A stretch of DNA of 56,909 nt from Girardia tigrina (GCA_001938485.1 MQRK01169664.1:1-56909), one strand, 5' to 3'; counted from the first letter of the stretch, positions 26,013-39,701 are shown. Translations and numbers: made by a program. Notes: generated from the letters alone by a model not told the origin.

Positions 26013-27346
26013 AAAAGATGGGAAAGTTGCGATTATTAATTTGTTTAAGTGTTCTAAAAAGATTGTAAATATTAAATAAATTCTACTTGTTGATATTATG
26101 AATCATGAAGTGAAACCTGGAGATTTAACTATTTACATGATTTTTTTAAAATTTTTAATAATCATAATTACATTTAATTTAATTAAATGAGTCCAAATTT
26201 TATTTCGGCGATATTTAGTCCGCTATATTATTGTCGAGTAACCGTTTTACAGAAGGTGATTTGAATCACATTACAAGCTGGCTGTTCTGTCAAGCATTAT
26301 CGATAAGATACATTCATATTATGCATAAATTACAAAATTTTTTATTAATAAACAAGAATATCTTTATAATTAATATATTTTTTATTTTATCATTTTATCC
26401 TAATTAACATTCAATCCAGAGAAATCTCACGGTGGCCACGGAATGTGTATTTCTTGTTCATAAATTGTACTTTTAGATGTCTTGAATTCCAATGTCCAAA
26501 TAAAAAAGAAAATGTTAAATTTTGATATAAATATATTGATAGAAAATATAATTGTGAGTCGAGAATGGGCGAAAATATAATTATTTCGCTTTGCTGAGTT
26601 GTCTTGGATACGAATGTAAACAGTGCGTTAGGAATGGCTTTAGACAAATTTTCGCACTGCAACTGTTTAATTTAGGATTAAAGAATGAAACATTTTATGT
26701 GACTAATAATAATGAAAATATTTTCTAGAAATATGAGTTGAATAAAATTAGGGCCATTCTGTTAGGGTTTCGAAAAATACATATGAACACTTTTGATAAA
26801 ATTTTATGTAGAAAAAAATTTAAAATAAATCTTTTGGTAAAATTATTAATTTCAAACAAAAAAATATTTAGTTTAACAAAATTTGGAATCTAAAATTAAA
26901 AAAATTTTAGTCTTTGTTTTATTTTATCAATTTTCAAGGCTGATGAAAACTACTATATAAACAGCAGCAAATTTAGTTTAGTTTGACCCAAAAATTCTCT
27001 CAACAAAACAAAACCCAGGAAGCATGTAAAATTATTATCAAGAATTATTTTTATTTATTATTCTTTTAAAATATACTTTCTTTTTTAAAAACCATAAGTA
27101 ACCCGTATTGGAGAACAAGGTTTTTAAGTTTGTAATCAAATGGTCGTTCGTTTTGGAGATTCACAGTCTTTACTGTAATCTGTTAACTCGCACGAAATAT
27201 TGATTTGTGTTCTTCCATCAAGTATTGAATTATTATTATTATTTTTGACTTGTTAATTTTTGTTATTTGAAATAAAGTTTCATAAAAGAATTTGTGTTCA
27301 TTGTCTATATATTTATGTTGGAAGTCCTATCTGATTAATTGGAGTC

Positions 27347-27400
27347 AGATTAAAGATTTCAGGTTAAAGATTACAGATTAAAGATTAAAGAATAAAGACT
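27347..27400. repeat. Degenerate 7-bp tandem repeat (agattaa)n
   Basis: agattaa agatttc aggttaa agattac agattaa agattaa agaataa agact. Confidence 0.8.
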
Positions 27401-27959
27401 TGTATTTAAAACGTAAATATTTAAATTAAAGATTTTTAATACCCAACAATTCTGTGAAGTGTTCCTTTCGATGTCTCCTTTATAGTCGTTTGAGAAGTCG
27501 TATTTGTGATGAAGGAACAGGAAGAGTTTGAGATCGACTTTGATTACTTTTGAAATAATTAGTTAGGGTTATTGGAAATTCAATGTTAAATTATGAATAC
27601 ATTATATATGAATATTATAAAATAATTTGTAAAAATTTGTGTTTAAGAAAAATAAGAGATTTCATTCACATCATTAAATAAAATGTTGACATTTTGAAAA
27701 GAATGTTAGCTCTACTTATAAATATAAATCTAATGATAAATGTAAAACATTTTTTCTGAAATGAAATAAAAACTTTTATGAAATAATATTTTTGTTTGAG
27801 AATCAGTTTAATTTGGGGTTTCATGTTCCCTTTTTTTGGTCTTATTCCGCTATAAAGTTACAACAAAATTTGTAAAAAAAAACATTTAGGTAAATGTTGT
27901 TTTGATATTCAAATATTTTTGTTGTATAATTTAAAATAAAGTATTATGGAATTCGATTG

Positions 27960-29600
27960 TGTTCTTATTGGTGACCACAGTAACTCAAACCTCGAAATGC
28001 AAGAAAGCTAAAGAAAGACGAAAATTATTTTCGAAATAAAGACTAGCAACTCAAGACACATCATTTTTTGATGATTAATCATATAATGCAGCGAAATAGC
28101 TGGACGAAACAAAGAAATTTGCATTATTCAACCAAATGGAAATTTCATTCACGTTTGACATGCCATCTATTATTGAACAAATTTAGTTCAAATAGAAAAC
28201 ATTTATCCAAGAAAGACGTGTTTTCAGCAAAATTTACTAGACTGAGGATTGTCATGGACAACGTCATGCAGCTTAATAACGTTTCTGAAAAGAAACGAAG
28301 AACGATATAATTTTTTCAAGTTATCTGTAAGATCATTAGTTACAGACATTTAGAAGACGCCATTATAATAAGCAACCAGAACATTTATTTTGGAACAAAT
28401 ATTCCTGCAAAAAAGTGTCTTACAATGGCCAGTATAATGGAACAACTATCTCTTAAATAGATCTTACATTTGATATTATTACAAATAGATCTAAAAAAGA
28501 AGATAGATCGAAACGGATGATAGTTTACGGATTGAGAGCCCTAAGTGAGAACAAAAAGGGCTATTGTGTTACCAGAAAAGAATTATTAGCGTTGAAAAAT
28601 AACTTGGTATATTTCAAACATTATTTATATGGAAAAAACATTTTAGGTTCGTACCGATCATAAGGCTTTTTTATTTATGTCCCCGGCAAACAAACCCCTA
28701 AATTCTTAATTTCAAACATGAAGTGAAGATATGTGTGGTTTTCAATATGACTCGCAGTACTTGAGAGAATCAGTACATTCAAATGAAGATGGGATCTCAA
28801 TATTGTGTTTGATGTATGACAAAAAATGTTGGAGCTATAACGAGTAAAATTAAAGTAAAGTATTTTAACACTTGTAGCACAATAGATCTCCATCATATCA
28901 AGGACATTCAATGAGAAGATAAAAATCTGGAAATTATTATTGTGAGGAATGTTTTGAATTGTGTGTTGATATTGTACATGTTGTATGTTGATTCGGAATG
29001 TGCCTCTCCTACCCAGATAGATGATAGGTATTTTCTTTTATTCTTACTAATTAAAAATAATTTAATTTAATTTTAAAGTAAAAAGATATAAATAATTTTT
29101 GAAAATATTATATATTTTTTAATGTCATTTAAATTTTCAATATATTAATTTAATATGTACTTTTTAAAAATGTTTAAATTTAATTTTAACCAATTAGATT
29201 CTTTATAAATAATAATTTTTATTAAAAGATTTTCATTTATTGAAAAAAATAGTATGAATTCAGAAATATATTGATCAAGAAAAATGTCAAATAGTGAAGG
29301 CGCTTGTGATGTTAATAAATGCTTTAAAACTCATATTGATGTTGTTCATAATTATTTCATTAGAACTTAATGAACAACCTTCAATAATTCAGTCACAAGG
29401 TCCATTGTGAGCATTCAATAACCACTCGATATTAGAAAATGAATTGCTGCCTTATCGAGATAGAAATATAAAATGCATAGTTGTTCCAAAAGCTGTTCAA
29501 CAACAATTAAGTCAGTCATCAAACTTAAATTCACATAGGATATGAGAAGTTGTATTATTATATGCAGGATATTTACTTCTGGCCACAAAGAGACTCATCT
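27960..29600 (+). mobile_element. Highly degenerate Gypsy pol (RT, RNase H, integrase zinc region), interrupted by the element at 28941
   Basis: GYCVTRKELLAL...YFKHYLYGK...VRTDHKA; IVVPKAVQ...HIGYEKLY...FWP. Confidence 0.75.
28941..29350 (+). mobile_element. Dispersed TGT...ATA element, full copy
   Basis: 5-bp TSD attat; colinear with 12213-12629 along its whole length. Confidence 0.9.
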
Positions 29601-30628
29601 TTATAACAATTTTTAGTCACACCATCTTCAGAAAGAATATTTCTTTAATTGTTTTATTTTTGTTTATCGGCTTCTGGATTTCTCACAAAGCTAACCTGTA
29701 AGAACTGGTCTTCGTCATTAGTTTGTCTTTGGTTGTTGAGTTCAACCTGGCCCTTAGACCTTCCAAAACCAATGGATTTGTGTCTATGGCCTTGAGACAT
29801 TCCCACCAACACAAGGGATTTGTCTCTGACAGACACTATAATGAGCAGTTTTTATAGGTGAACCTTTGTGAGAGTTCGTATATAGATACTGGAATAGTCG
29901 AGGGATGATTTTACTGGCACATCAGGTTTACCTGACGCGTCTAATAGGTCCTGGGCTCAATGGATGTTTTAGTCCGAGCTTGATGCTCGCCATATGATGA
30001 CATTTACTCATGGCTATGCCATTTTGATTCCCCCAAATAAAAAGTTATAAAAACCTAAATTAAAAATTTGGACTTTAATAACAACTAAAAATTCGTTCAT
30101 CATTGAATCATTAATCGTTAAAAATTGAATTTTAAATTATTATAATAAATTATTGATGACGCATTTTTGGAATCATATGTATTATTAAAGAAAACTAGGA
30201 TTTATCCACTAATTTTTCTAGAAAAAATATTTATCGTTCTCCTTCTATATTACTCTTTCGGATTTTACAATTAACATTACAGGTTTCAACGATTATTGTA
30301 ATTATCTTTGTTTTTTTGTTTGTTGTGATTAAACTTAATAATATAAACAAATCTAATTGTTTTCTTATTTGTTTTTATTTGGATAAAAATGTCTCAAATT
30401 CACTACGTCGAAATTTTTATAGTAGCCTCGGAAATCATTTTGAGATTCTTTTATTACAAATTTGTGATACATTCACCAACAGAGGTCACATTTGCATGAA
30501 CGGTATAAAAATACGGTTTCATATCTCTCGTGAAAATCCTTCTGCAAGGCAACAAGACTGATCTATGGATCAGTGTGACTAACAGCCAGCTCTTCTGGAA
30601 AATGATGAATTCGAATTCGAAATTCGAA

Positions 30629-31723
30629 ATGGAAAATCAAAATGAGCATATTCATCATGTTTTGTTGCATTATTTTCGCAAAGAGAAAACTGCTGTACAA
30701 GCTCATAAGAAGATATGTTTTGTATATGGTAGTGACTCCTTAAAACTTCGACAGTGTCAATACTGGTTTTCTAAATTTCATTCTGAAAAATTTAATCTGA
30801 AAGATGCACCACGCTCCGGTCGACCAGTTGAAGTTGATGGTGACAAAATAACAGCACTGATCAAATCTAATCCACATATGACGACAATGGAAGTTGCAGA
30901 GACTCTGGAAATATCAAAATCAAGTGTTGGAAGTCATTTAAAGAAACTTTATTCGTCAGTAAACTCGATATTTGGTTACCACATGAACTGAAAGAAATTC
31001 ATTTGGTGAAACGTATAGACATTTGCGATTCCCTTTTAAAGCGAGAACAAAGTGATCCATTTTTGAAGCGCTTGATTACAGCTGACGAAAAATGGATTAT
31101 TTACAACAATGTGAAACGCCGACGATCATGAACAAAACGTGGTGAGCCTGCCAAAACGATCCCACAAGCAGAAATTCGCCAAAAGAAGGTTATGCTTTCC
31201 GTCTTGTGGGATTTTAAAGGAATTGTGTTTTTTGAACTCCTTCCGAGGAATGAAACCATCAATTCAGACAGATATTGTGGTCAGCTGGAGAAATTGGCTC
31301 ATTCAATTCAACAAGGACGCCCTGAATTGGCAAATCGAAAATGAGTTGTAATTCAGCATGATAACGCAAGACCGAATACAAGTTTGACCACTCACCCGAA
31401 ACTCTTATCACTGGGTTGCGAGGTTTTGCCGCACCCAGCGTATTGTCCAGACTTGGCCCCATCGGAATTTCACTTATTTAGATCACAGCAGAATTCCTTA
31501 AACAGAAAAAAATTCACCAGTGATGATGACATCAAATCGTTCCTAGGCGGCTTTTTTGCTGACAAAGGCAAATGTTTTTTATGAATCAGGAATAATGAAG
31601 CTAAAAAATAAAAAGTGATTGAAAATAATGGACAGTATATCGTGTAAAAATATTTTTGCATCCATGTCATTTTTTGATAATAAATATTTTAGTAAAAACG
31701 CAATGACTTTTTGACCAACCCAA
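30629..31723 (+). mobile_element. mariner, mellifera-like, degenerate (ATG to right TIR)
   Basis: MENQNEHIHHVLLHYFRK...PRSGRP; W(L)PHEL; TADEKW; HDNARP; PDLAPSEFHLF; right TIR ...ttgaccaacccaa|ta; left TIR not recognised. Confidence 0.9.
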
Positions 31724-32317
31724 TAATTAAATTTCTTTATTTTAAAAACATGTATACATTATTCAAAATTTTTTATGATTAATTTTGATAGTTCAACCGT
31801 CATCATCAGACTAAACAAATAATGATCAAAACAACGTATAAATACAGTCAGCTGCAAATGTTTGTGAACGCTTGTTTCTATAGTGCTTTTTGTTGTTGTA
31901 CTACATGTTTGTGTATTCCTTGTTAAATATACATAAACCATTTAAATGATTAAATGCATATTTTATTTTTATTACTTTTCAAGTTATAAACTGTCATTAT
32001 TTATTTTAGAATCATGCCTGTCCACGGCAAGGAGCTAACAACAGAACAGCGTGCAGAACAGAGGCCACGATTATATAATCAATTAATGTCATCACTTTTG
32101 AATTAAATACTTTGTAAAGGTTCTCTTTATTTGTCTTTTCTGAGTTTTTTTCCCTTTGTTTTTTATATTTATATTTACATTAAAAATTATATTTTGATAT
32201 TTATTTAGCTAAATTAAATCATTATGTTTAGCTACATTAGTTGAATTTTTAAGCTTACATTTAATTATTCATATTTATTTTACACCAGTATTATTATTTA
32301 TTTACATTTTTATTTTT

Positions 32318-32702
32318 TCCATTCTTTTTCTTAGCTTACTTTCTATATATATATATATGTATCTATGGAATTTAGAAACCTGTTTTTCAAGGCTTATTAG
32401 TCAATCGATTTTCTACAAACTTTGCACTCTTACTCATTCTCGATGACAATATATGAAATATGTAAAAATTTGATAGAAAAAACCTTTTTCAGGTCCTAAA
32501 ATGGGAAAAAACGGAAAATTTGGAGTTCCCAAACAATATTAGTTGCAAGATATCTACTTAAAAATTATAAGTAGTTTATATCAATTTTTAATGCGTTTTT
32601 TTAATTAATAATTTTTAAATTTTAAAAACTTTGTTTGCAAAGTAGAGTTCTGTGTGCATAAAGAATGGATATAAAAAATCAAAATTTTTGATTTACTAGT
32701 TT
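32318..32702 (-). mobile_element. HINE/DINE-1-like element, second copy
   Basis: Reverse-complement homologue of 12710-13098. Confidence 0.65.
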
Positions 32703-33364
32703 TATTTATATTAAAATTATACTTTATAATTATATATTTATTTTATATATGAAAATTTAGTAATATCGACCTTGCGATCGATATTACTATAGAAAATTAC
32801 AACTACAAATTTTAAAAATTCGTAAACTAAGGTTAATTATAAATTGACTCGCAAATATCCAGAATATATTATTCCTGGAAATCTATTGAGTGAAATTGAT
32901 ATTAATCTCTTGGAAGTTTCTATAGAGAGCACAAATCCAATAGCCCACCTACAAATCTCGAACAAGAAGATAAACACAGTTGATTGTTTTTCAATCCTAA
33001 CAAAAAATCATATCTCGTTTTCCCTACAATTCCAATCTATTAACTACCTCAATTCCATTTTTTTGGGCAATTTTAATTAAATTTATTAACTATCCCCGCT
33101 TTAAATTGGAATATCGTTATTTATTTATTTTTATTTTACAATACAGATCTACTCTGTGGTTAACCATATTGATAGTGATAACCTATTCTTGTACGTAATC
33201 ATTCTTTAAAAGTTTGATATTTGATTATAATTGTATTTGATCATTTTTTGTTAAATTATATTGCGAGATTATACTTAAAGAAAATTTGTATTTTTACTTA
33301 TATAATTCATAAAAGTAACTCATAATTTTCTCTCTTAGAGTGTTATTACTCATTTTTATAACTT

Positions 33365-34947
33365 TTAATTTGTTGAGATTGTCGCTTGAACATTTGATTT
33401 AGCATTCTGAATCCTGATTAATAAAGCTTCACATGCAACTCTCTCCCAGCAATTTGAAAAATTTGAACACAGAACATTAAAATTATTTATGTCAAAACTA
33501 TTCTTACATTTCTTTCTATGTTTAGTAATATTACTACAGGTCTGCCCAGAAAGTCTTGACCGATTTATAGTCAAATGAAAGATAAGCATTTATTGTTATT
33601 TTCATCATCATCTCTAATGTGTTCAAAGTTTTGTTCATTGTGAGCAACGCACTTCTTCAGCCGTTCTGAGAGTTTACTAATTCCTTTGGTGAAGAAACTG
33701 CGAGGTTTCTCTTCAATCCAACGCTCTAACACCACTTGAACTTCTTCCGCGAAGTTGTAATTTCGTCCTCGAATGGCGGTTTTCATATGGGACAATAAAT
33801 AAAAATCGCAGTGAGCGAGATCAGGTGAGTATGGTGGGTTAGGTAATACACTGAACCCGATTTCCTGCAGCTTATTTATTGTTTTGTTGGCTGTGTGGGG
33901 TCTGGCGTTATCATGGAGGTAAGTAATTTTTTGAGCTCATCCTCCTATAAGCCGATTTCGCTTTTCTTGTATTGCAGCAACAAGACGATTCAACTGTTGA
34001 CAAGAGGTAACCGCCGTAATTGTCTGTCTATGAGGGATAACTTCTATTAGCTATGCACCTTTGAAGTCCCAAAAAACTGAAATCATGTAATTTCTGGGTA
34101 TAAGCACACGACGAACTTCAACTGGAAGATTTTCTCCTTCTCCTCGCCAAGAGCGATGATGGTGTGAGCCTTCATTGTCCCAATATATCCAGGATTCATC
34201 CATGTTTACCAGTTGTCCCAGAAAATCAAACGTCGATTGCTTTACTAACAGCTCGTTGCATATTCCTTCTCTATTAGCCATTTTTTCAGGAAACAGTAGA
34301 TGTGGGATCCATCGATTACACAGGTACCTTTTCCCCATCTGAATGAGATGATTTCGAGCTGTCTCCGGGGAAATTGCTAATTCAAGTGCTATGGAGCGAC
34401 ACGTGCTGTATTTGTCCAAATCTAGCTATTGCAATATAGCTTCATCAATGTTCATTGACGGCCTTCCAGAGCACTGTAGATCTTCAACATTAAAATAACC
34501 GTTGTTAAATTGTGTTACCCATCGACGACAAGTGCTCTGACTAACAGTACCACTTCCAAGTGCTGCATTCATCTCTTTACATACAGTGGGGGGATTCAAA
34601 TTACGTTTCCAGTAGTAATATATCGTCATGCAAATATCACGTTGACTCAAATTCATTTTAACGCAATGAAAATACAACTTTCAAACAATATTGCAAAATA
34701 ATATTTATTTTCCAAACAATTTGTTAACTGATATTTTGAAATTAGTTTACCTACAATAGGAAAAATTTATTATTCCTGAATTATATTTAACAAAATCATT
34801 CACATATGTATATGTTATCCATACTTTAAATATCATAGACATTTATTAATGCGTTCACTAGATACTTTTAGAAAACCATCGGTCAAAACTTTCTTGACAG
34901 ACCTATAGTACCATAGGTTCGATCGTGTTCTTGGATTCGAGTGCAGA
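33365..34947 (-). mobile_element. Penelope-like GIY-YIG remnant split by a mariner
   Basis: Removing 33537-34905 and one TA restores ICTRIQEHDRTYGTSNITKHRKKC...ERVACEALLIRIQNAKSNVQ. Confidence 0.75.
33537..34905 (-). mobile_element. Full-length degenerate mariner (DD34D)
   Basis: TIRs caggtctgcccagaaagtcttgaccgat / atcggtcaaaactttcttgacagaccta with TA flanks; WIPHLL, MDESW, HDNARPH, PPYSPDLA. Confidence 0.93.
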
Positions 34948-35470
34948 TGTTGGGTTCATGGTTAAATATTAATGAAAATGCAGAAGACATTTATGAAACT
35001 TTTATTTATAATAACAATAAACATATTATTTAAACAAGTTTTTGCCGAAGTAAATTTCTGAGGAACTATTTTTTTAATTTTCTTGCACAAACCAATTGTG
35101 ATAGTTCATTTGTTTTAATTAATAATTTTACAAAAGTAGAAATTATTTAAATATAACTTTGTTCGTGATTTTTGATTTATTGGAGTAAACTTCAAGCTAT
35201 CGTGGCAATAAAAAGCATCAAGTTCACGAAAGCGGTTCAAACGTTCAATTGATCAGGGACTTCAGTTCTTGGTGCCGGAAGTTCGAGGCATCTTCGGTGA
35301 TCTGTGAAGTTGAGAGGTTGAAAGCCATTTCATTGCTTTTGAAAGGCCGCGCATTTGAGTTATTTGTTGGTTTAACACTTAATGAACAGGAAAACTATGA
35401 ATCAATTAAAGCAGCATTAGTAGTCACATTTGGCCCAGATCCTAAAACCTCGTACGAGGAGTTCACGAGT
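34948..35470 (+). mobile_element. Gypsy 5' end plus gag fragment, same family as 5795-7463
   Basis: DFSSWCRKFEASSVICEV...LLLKGRAFELF homologous to ORF 6890-7270; shared leader (caagctatcg). Confidence 0.8.
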
Positions 35471-35479
35471 CAAAACATG

Positions 35480-35950
35480 AATCATGAGTCTCATTTGAAT
35501 TTTTTAGCAATTACATTTAGAGTCATTACAACTCTCAGAAGGTCTTTCATCGTTTGCCATCAGTCTAATTGGTTTTCTTATTTCTATTTTTAATCATGAT
35601 TATTTGAACAATTTTTCTAAGTTATATTTTAAAATATTTAACCTCTAAAAAATATTAATTAAAAAATAATAATTTTTACCATTTCTCAATAAATCTCAAA
35701 ATAATAAAAATGTTATAAAATTATTAAAAATGCATTTAATTTAAATTTTACTAAAAATTATTGAACTTAATTTTAATTGTGAAATTAAAAATGTGAACTT
35801 ATCAAATGATTATTTTAATTATGTTCGAATAGTCAATCCTTTAAATTTAATAAAAAAATTCCAATTTCCATCTGGGTGGGATAATCACCATTCTAAATTC
35901 AGCATACTTAAATCAACATACAACATCCACACATTTACACATTCAAACAA
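35480..35950 (-). mobile_element. Dispersed TGT...ATA element, inverted partial copy
   Basis: Core ccatctgggtgggataatcacc at about 35869; closely related to 44240-44634. Confidence 0.65.
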
Positions 35951-36394
35951 AAATAGCAATAAGTTTAAAAGCAGTCTATTAAATAATCTTTATTACTGTA
36001 TAAAACAAATCAACTCAAGGTCAAAAGATACACGTGTACCTTGTGTCTTTAGGAATGGCATGTATGCCAACAAATCGAACTGCGTTTGGATAAATGCTAT
36101 GCGGTAAGTACAAAGCGCGCGAACTGCACTCGTTCAAAGGAAAGAAGTGAAAGAAGTAAAATATGAATATTTGGAAACCGTTATATGATATGCAAATATT
36201 AGAATATCGAGTAAATTATTGGATAGATACATATTTAATTATACATACAATAAAATTAAATTAATTTATATGGTTTCATGATTTTTAGAAATTTAATTTT
36301 TTAATATATTATAATTATTAATTTGAAATTAAAGGAATTAATTTTTTCAGCAAAGCAATTTACGTTATCAAATTTAAGTAAATAATTTGAAATA

Positions 36395-36491
36395 AATCAT
36401 TAAAACAAAATTTGATTGGACGAATAAAAATTTATCGATTAATTTAAACAAATATTAACACTATTTTTTAAAATTAATAAATAAAGTTGCA
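36395..36491 (+). promoter_or_regulatory. Conserved proximal upstream region of LicD copy B (ATTGG/CCAAT)
   Basis: Near-identical to 9040-9136. Confidence 0.5.
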
Positions 36492-36862
36492 ATGTCTTGT
36501 TTAGGTGTGTCTTCGATTAATATAAATAATAAATATCTTAAATTATTCTTAATCTTTTGTATTATTTTTGTGTTTATTGTGTTGGTTGGTCGGAATAAGG
36601 AATTCCTGTTCTTTTACGAAGAAATAAAATCTGAAGCAAATATTTCTTATCGTATTCAATATGAAATGTCTCCATCAGAGGTCTTCAATTACAATCTTAA
36701 TGAGTCTCTCCCGCCATATCAAGATTCGGATAATCTGAAAAATTGTTCCATCCAAACTAATAGAACCCTGGTTTTTGAAATGATCAAGTTCTGGATGAAT
36801 CTTACGGCTTTTTATGGTATACCCTGGTGGATAGATTTTGGTACTTTGCTTGGAAGTATAAG
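36492..36862 (+). CDS. LicD/fukutin-family protein copy B, exon 1
   Basis: TM anchor, stem, then YGIPWWIDFGTLLGSI(R), the LicD GTLLGxxR motif; donor ag|gttaga, phase 2. Confidence 0.92.
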
Positions 36863-36914
36863 GTTAGATTAATGATTTGATGTTTTTTTGGTAATTTTTA
36901 CTAAAAATTATTCG

Positions 36915-37091
36915 TTCCTCACAATATTTATATTTTATATTTATAGTTTATATTTATATTTACATTTTATATTTATATTTCATATTTATATTTAATATAT
37001 AATTTATATATTAAATATAAATATGAAATATAAATATAAAATGTAAATATAAATATAAACTATAAATATAAAATATAAATATTGTGAGGAA
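36915..37091. repeat. AT-rich perfect palindrome, 88-bp arms, 1-nt spacer
   Basis: ttcctcacaatatttatatttt...tatataa t ttatata...aaaatataaatattgtgaggaa. Confidence 0.9.
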
Positions 37092-37685
37092 TATTTGGTG
37101 TGTTGATGTTTTTGTGTTGTTTGTATGTTTAAATGTTGTGTGTTGATTTGGGATTGTGCCTCTCCTAATCAGATGGATGATTAATATTTTAATTCTTATA
37201 ATCTGAAACTAATTTATTAAAATTTAGATTTAATATTCAAATTNNNNNNNNNNNNNNNNNNNNNNNNNNNNNNNNNNNNNNNNNNNNNNNNNNGGGATTG
37301 TGCCTCTCCTAATCAGATGGATGATTAATATTTTAATTCTTATAATCTGAAACTAATTTATTAAAATTTAGATTTAATATTCAAATTTTTAATTTTTAAT
37401 ATTGTAAATTTTAAAAAACTTTATTGATATTTTTTGTAAATTTTTAAATAATTAAAATCAAATTAATGTTTAAAAATGATTATAAAAAGTAATTTTATTT
37501 TAGCCAATAAAATTTAATGTCAATATTTTAAATAAAATAATTTTCTTCTAGTTAGTTCAGATAGGAATGAGAAGTATTAAACATTGAGTGATGGATTTAA
37601 GTGAAAGCAATACTATTGATCGTCGTAGAGATCATCAAAATTGTGAATGTAATAACTGTTCTGTCTAATATGTGAGTTCTCTTAA
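37083..37685 (+). mobile_element. Dispersed TGT...ATA family element (ends ...ctcttaa); contains a gap and a gap-flank duplication
   Basis: tgtgaggaat start; core cctctcctaatcagatgg; TSD aatat in low-complexity DNA. Confidence 0.8.
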
Positions 37686-38031
37686 AATATAAATATAAAA
37701 TATAAATATTAATATAAAATATAAATATTAAATATTAAATGTAAAAATAGAATTTAAATATAAAATATAAATATAAAATACATAATTAACCAAATAGTGA
37801 CCCACTCCGATTTCTGGTCAGTTAAATCTAATATTTAACATTTTGAATAAATTTAGCAAAAAATAAAATTAAGATAAAATAATCTTCATACAAAAAATAT
37901 TTTTTATCATTATTATTTTACAAAGACTGGTCTATGCAAAACCTTTTATTCATTTAAACTATTTTGGTAGGTAAAATTTATATTATGTATAATTTTAATA
38001 AACATTTTTATTTAATATTTTTTTAATTAAT

Positions 38032-38348
38032 TATTAAGAACACCAATATGACTTAATATTTTTATTATTAAAATACGTTTGATTGTCCTCCGGACAATGT
38101 TTTTCAAAGCTTTCGTAAGATTGCATCTGTCTAATTGATTAATGACATTAATCTTATTATTTGAGTAAATAGAGAAATACATAAAATTTTATTGGTTAAA
38201 AATTAAAAAAAAATTATTATTTTAAAAATATTAAATTATTTTTTTTATTTTTTTAAAAATTTTAAATGAAATTAATAAACTTATTTGAAATTTTACAATT
38301 ATTTTAAATTAGAAATAAATTTAAACATTACATATTTTCAGATAATAA
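38032..38348 (-). mobile_element. Dispersed TGT...ATA element, inverted 3' part, abutting the SIAH fragment
   Basis: Begins tattaagaacacc (reverse complement of ggtgttcttaata). Confidence 0.7.
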
Positions 38349-38726
38349 GTGTTTTTGATAGAGATCGGCGAAACATTTCGGTGCTGGGACCATTTGCATG
38401 ACGCTCCCGGACACGGACACACATACGGGCCGATACTCACACGAGATTTCATGGTGACCTTTAATCGTGTGCTGATACGTGTCCGGACACCCGTTCGACG
38501 AATATTTGCACGGAAACAACACACTGGCCGCCAACTTCTCCATCGCCAATTTCCTGATATTATCCAGTCCACTGCGACACGATGGACAATTCGACAACTT
38601 GATCCGACACTGGGCACACATGATATGCTCGCTCTGGCACTAGATAATCGGCGGCAGCTCGTAATCGAAACTCACTGGACACTCGGACAAACTGGCCATA
38701 TCGACCTGGTTTTGGTCGGGCGACAT
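38349..38726 (-). pseudogene. SIAH: SIAH/Sina E3 ubiquitin ligase pseudogene (RING plus zinc fingers, 3'-truncated)
   Basis: DMASLSECPVSFDYELPPII*CQSEHIMCAQCRIKLSNCPSCR...IRKLAMEKLAASVLFPCKYSSNGC...CEYRP/(frameshift)YVCPCPGASCKW; stop at 38640, RING Cys to Ser; coding may extend further upstream. Confidence 0.92.
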
Positions 38727-39261
38727 TTTTCGGTTCTGACTGGTGGCGGCGACTGTGGCGATGAGATTCGTCGACGAATCGGTGACGGCGTTAACGGGCG
38801 GTAGAATCGTCAAGCGGAGACACTTGTTTGAGCAGAGAAAATCGCTGACGCAACTGTTTGAATCGTTGAGATTATTGATCTCGGACGATCGAGGAAATGA
38901 AAGTCGTTCAGCTTCAACGAAAGACGTGGATAAATAGAAATCTGCTTTCTTCAAATTGACGCTAATGCGATGCACCTTCAATTCACGTATATATCATATA
39001 AACTATTGAAATGATTCCATAAATCCGAAATGGTCACATCGGTGTTGCGGAGTTTGTTTAAAATATAAATAATTTGAAAATTTTCATCGAATCCCACGAG
39101 TAAATGATTCATTAATAAATGATAGCATTTAATTTTCGTGTTAATATTCATTACGAGTGGAATTTCAAAAAAAAATCGGCTAATAACTCAATTGAATTCA
39201 AAGTTCTCAAATTTCGAAATATTTATTTATTTTCAACAAATTACAAAATTTTTAGCGTATT

Positions 39262-39701
39262 TGTGATGAATAATTTGGAATGTTGTTTTGAATATTGTTT
39301 TGATTTGTGACTCTCCTACTCAGATGGGATTGATATGTTTATTGATTTATTATTTGAATCTAATGATATTAATTTAATGATATTAATTTTAAGTACTAAT
39401 TAATTAAAGTTTGATAATTATGAATTTTAATAATATTTATAGTAAACGATTTTAACTTATTAAATTTAATATATTTTAAAAATTAATGGTCATTTAAAAA
39501 ATTACGTAATGCCCTTTCATCCAATAAAATTTAAGAAATTAAAAATTAATATTAAAAACTTTCTCATTCATTGTTTTTTTAGATTTGAATACTTAAACAA
39601 AAACTATATCAATCAAAGAAAGATGACATCTGAAAATTGTTGTGAAGAATCTGTATGTGTTGTAAATAAATGTTTACATTCAAATTGTGATGTTGTTAAT
39701 A
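39262..39701 (+). mobile_element. Dispersed TGT...ATA element, full copy
   Basis: 5-bp TSD gtatt (39257-39261, 39702-39706); core actctcctactcagatgg. Confidence 0.9.

Noticed and set aside
31785-31815. CTGATGA hammerhead-like motif (also 26939 and 46683)
   Set aside because: GAAA box and helices missing or too decayed to support a call
32014-32055. MPVHGKELTTEQR, a Tc1-like start
   Set aside because: Only 13 codons, with no TIR or continuation
38349-38804. 151-aa plus-strand ORF
   Set aside because: Antisense shadow of the SIAH pseudogene
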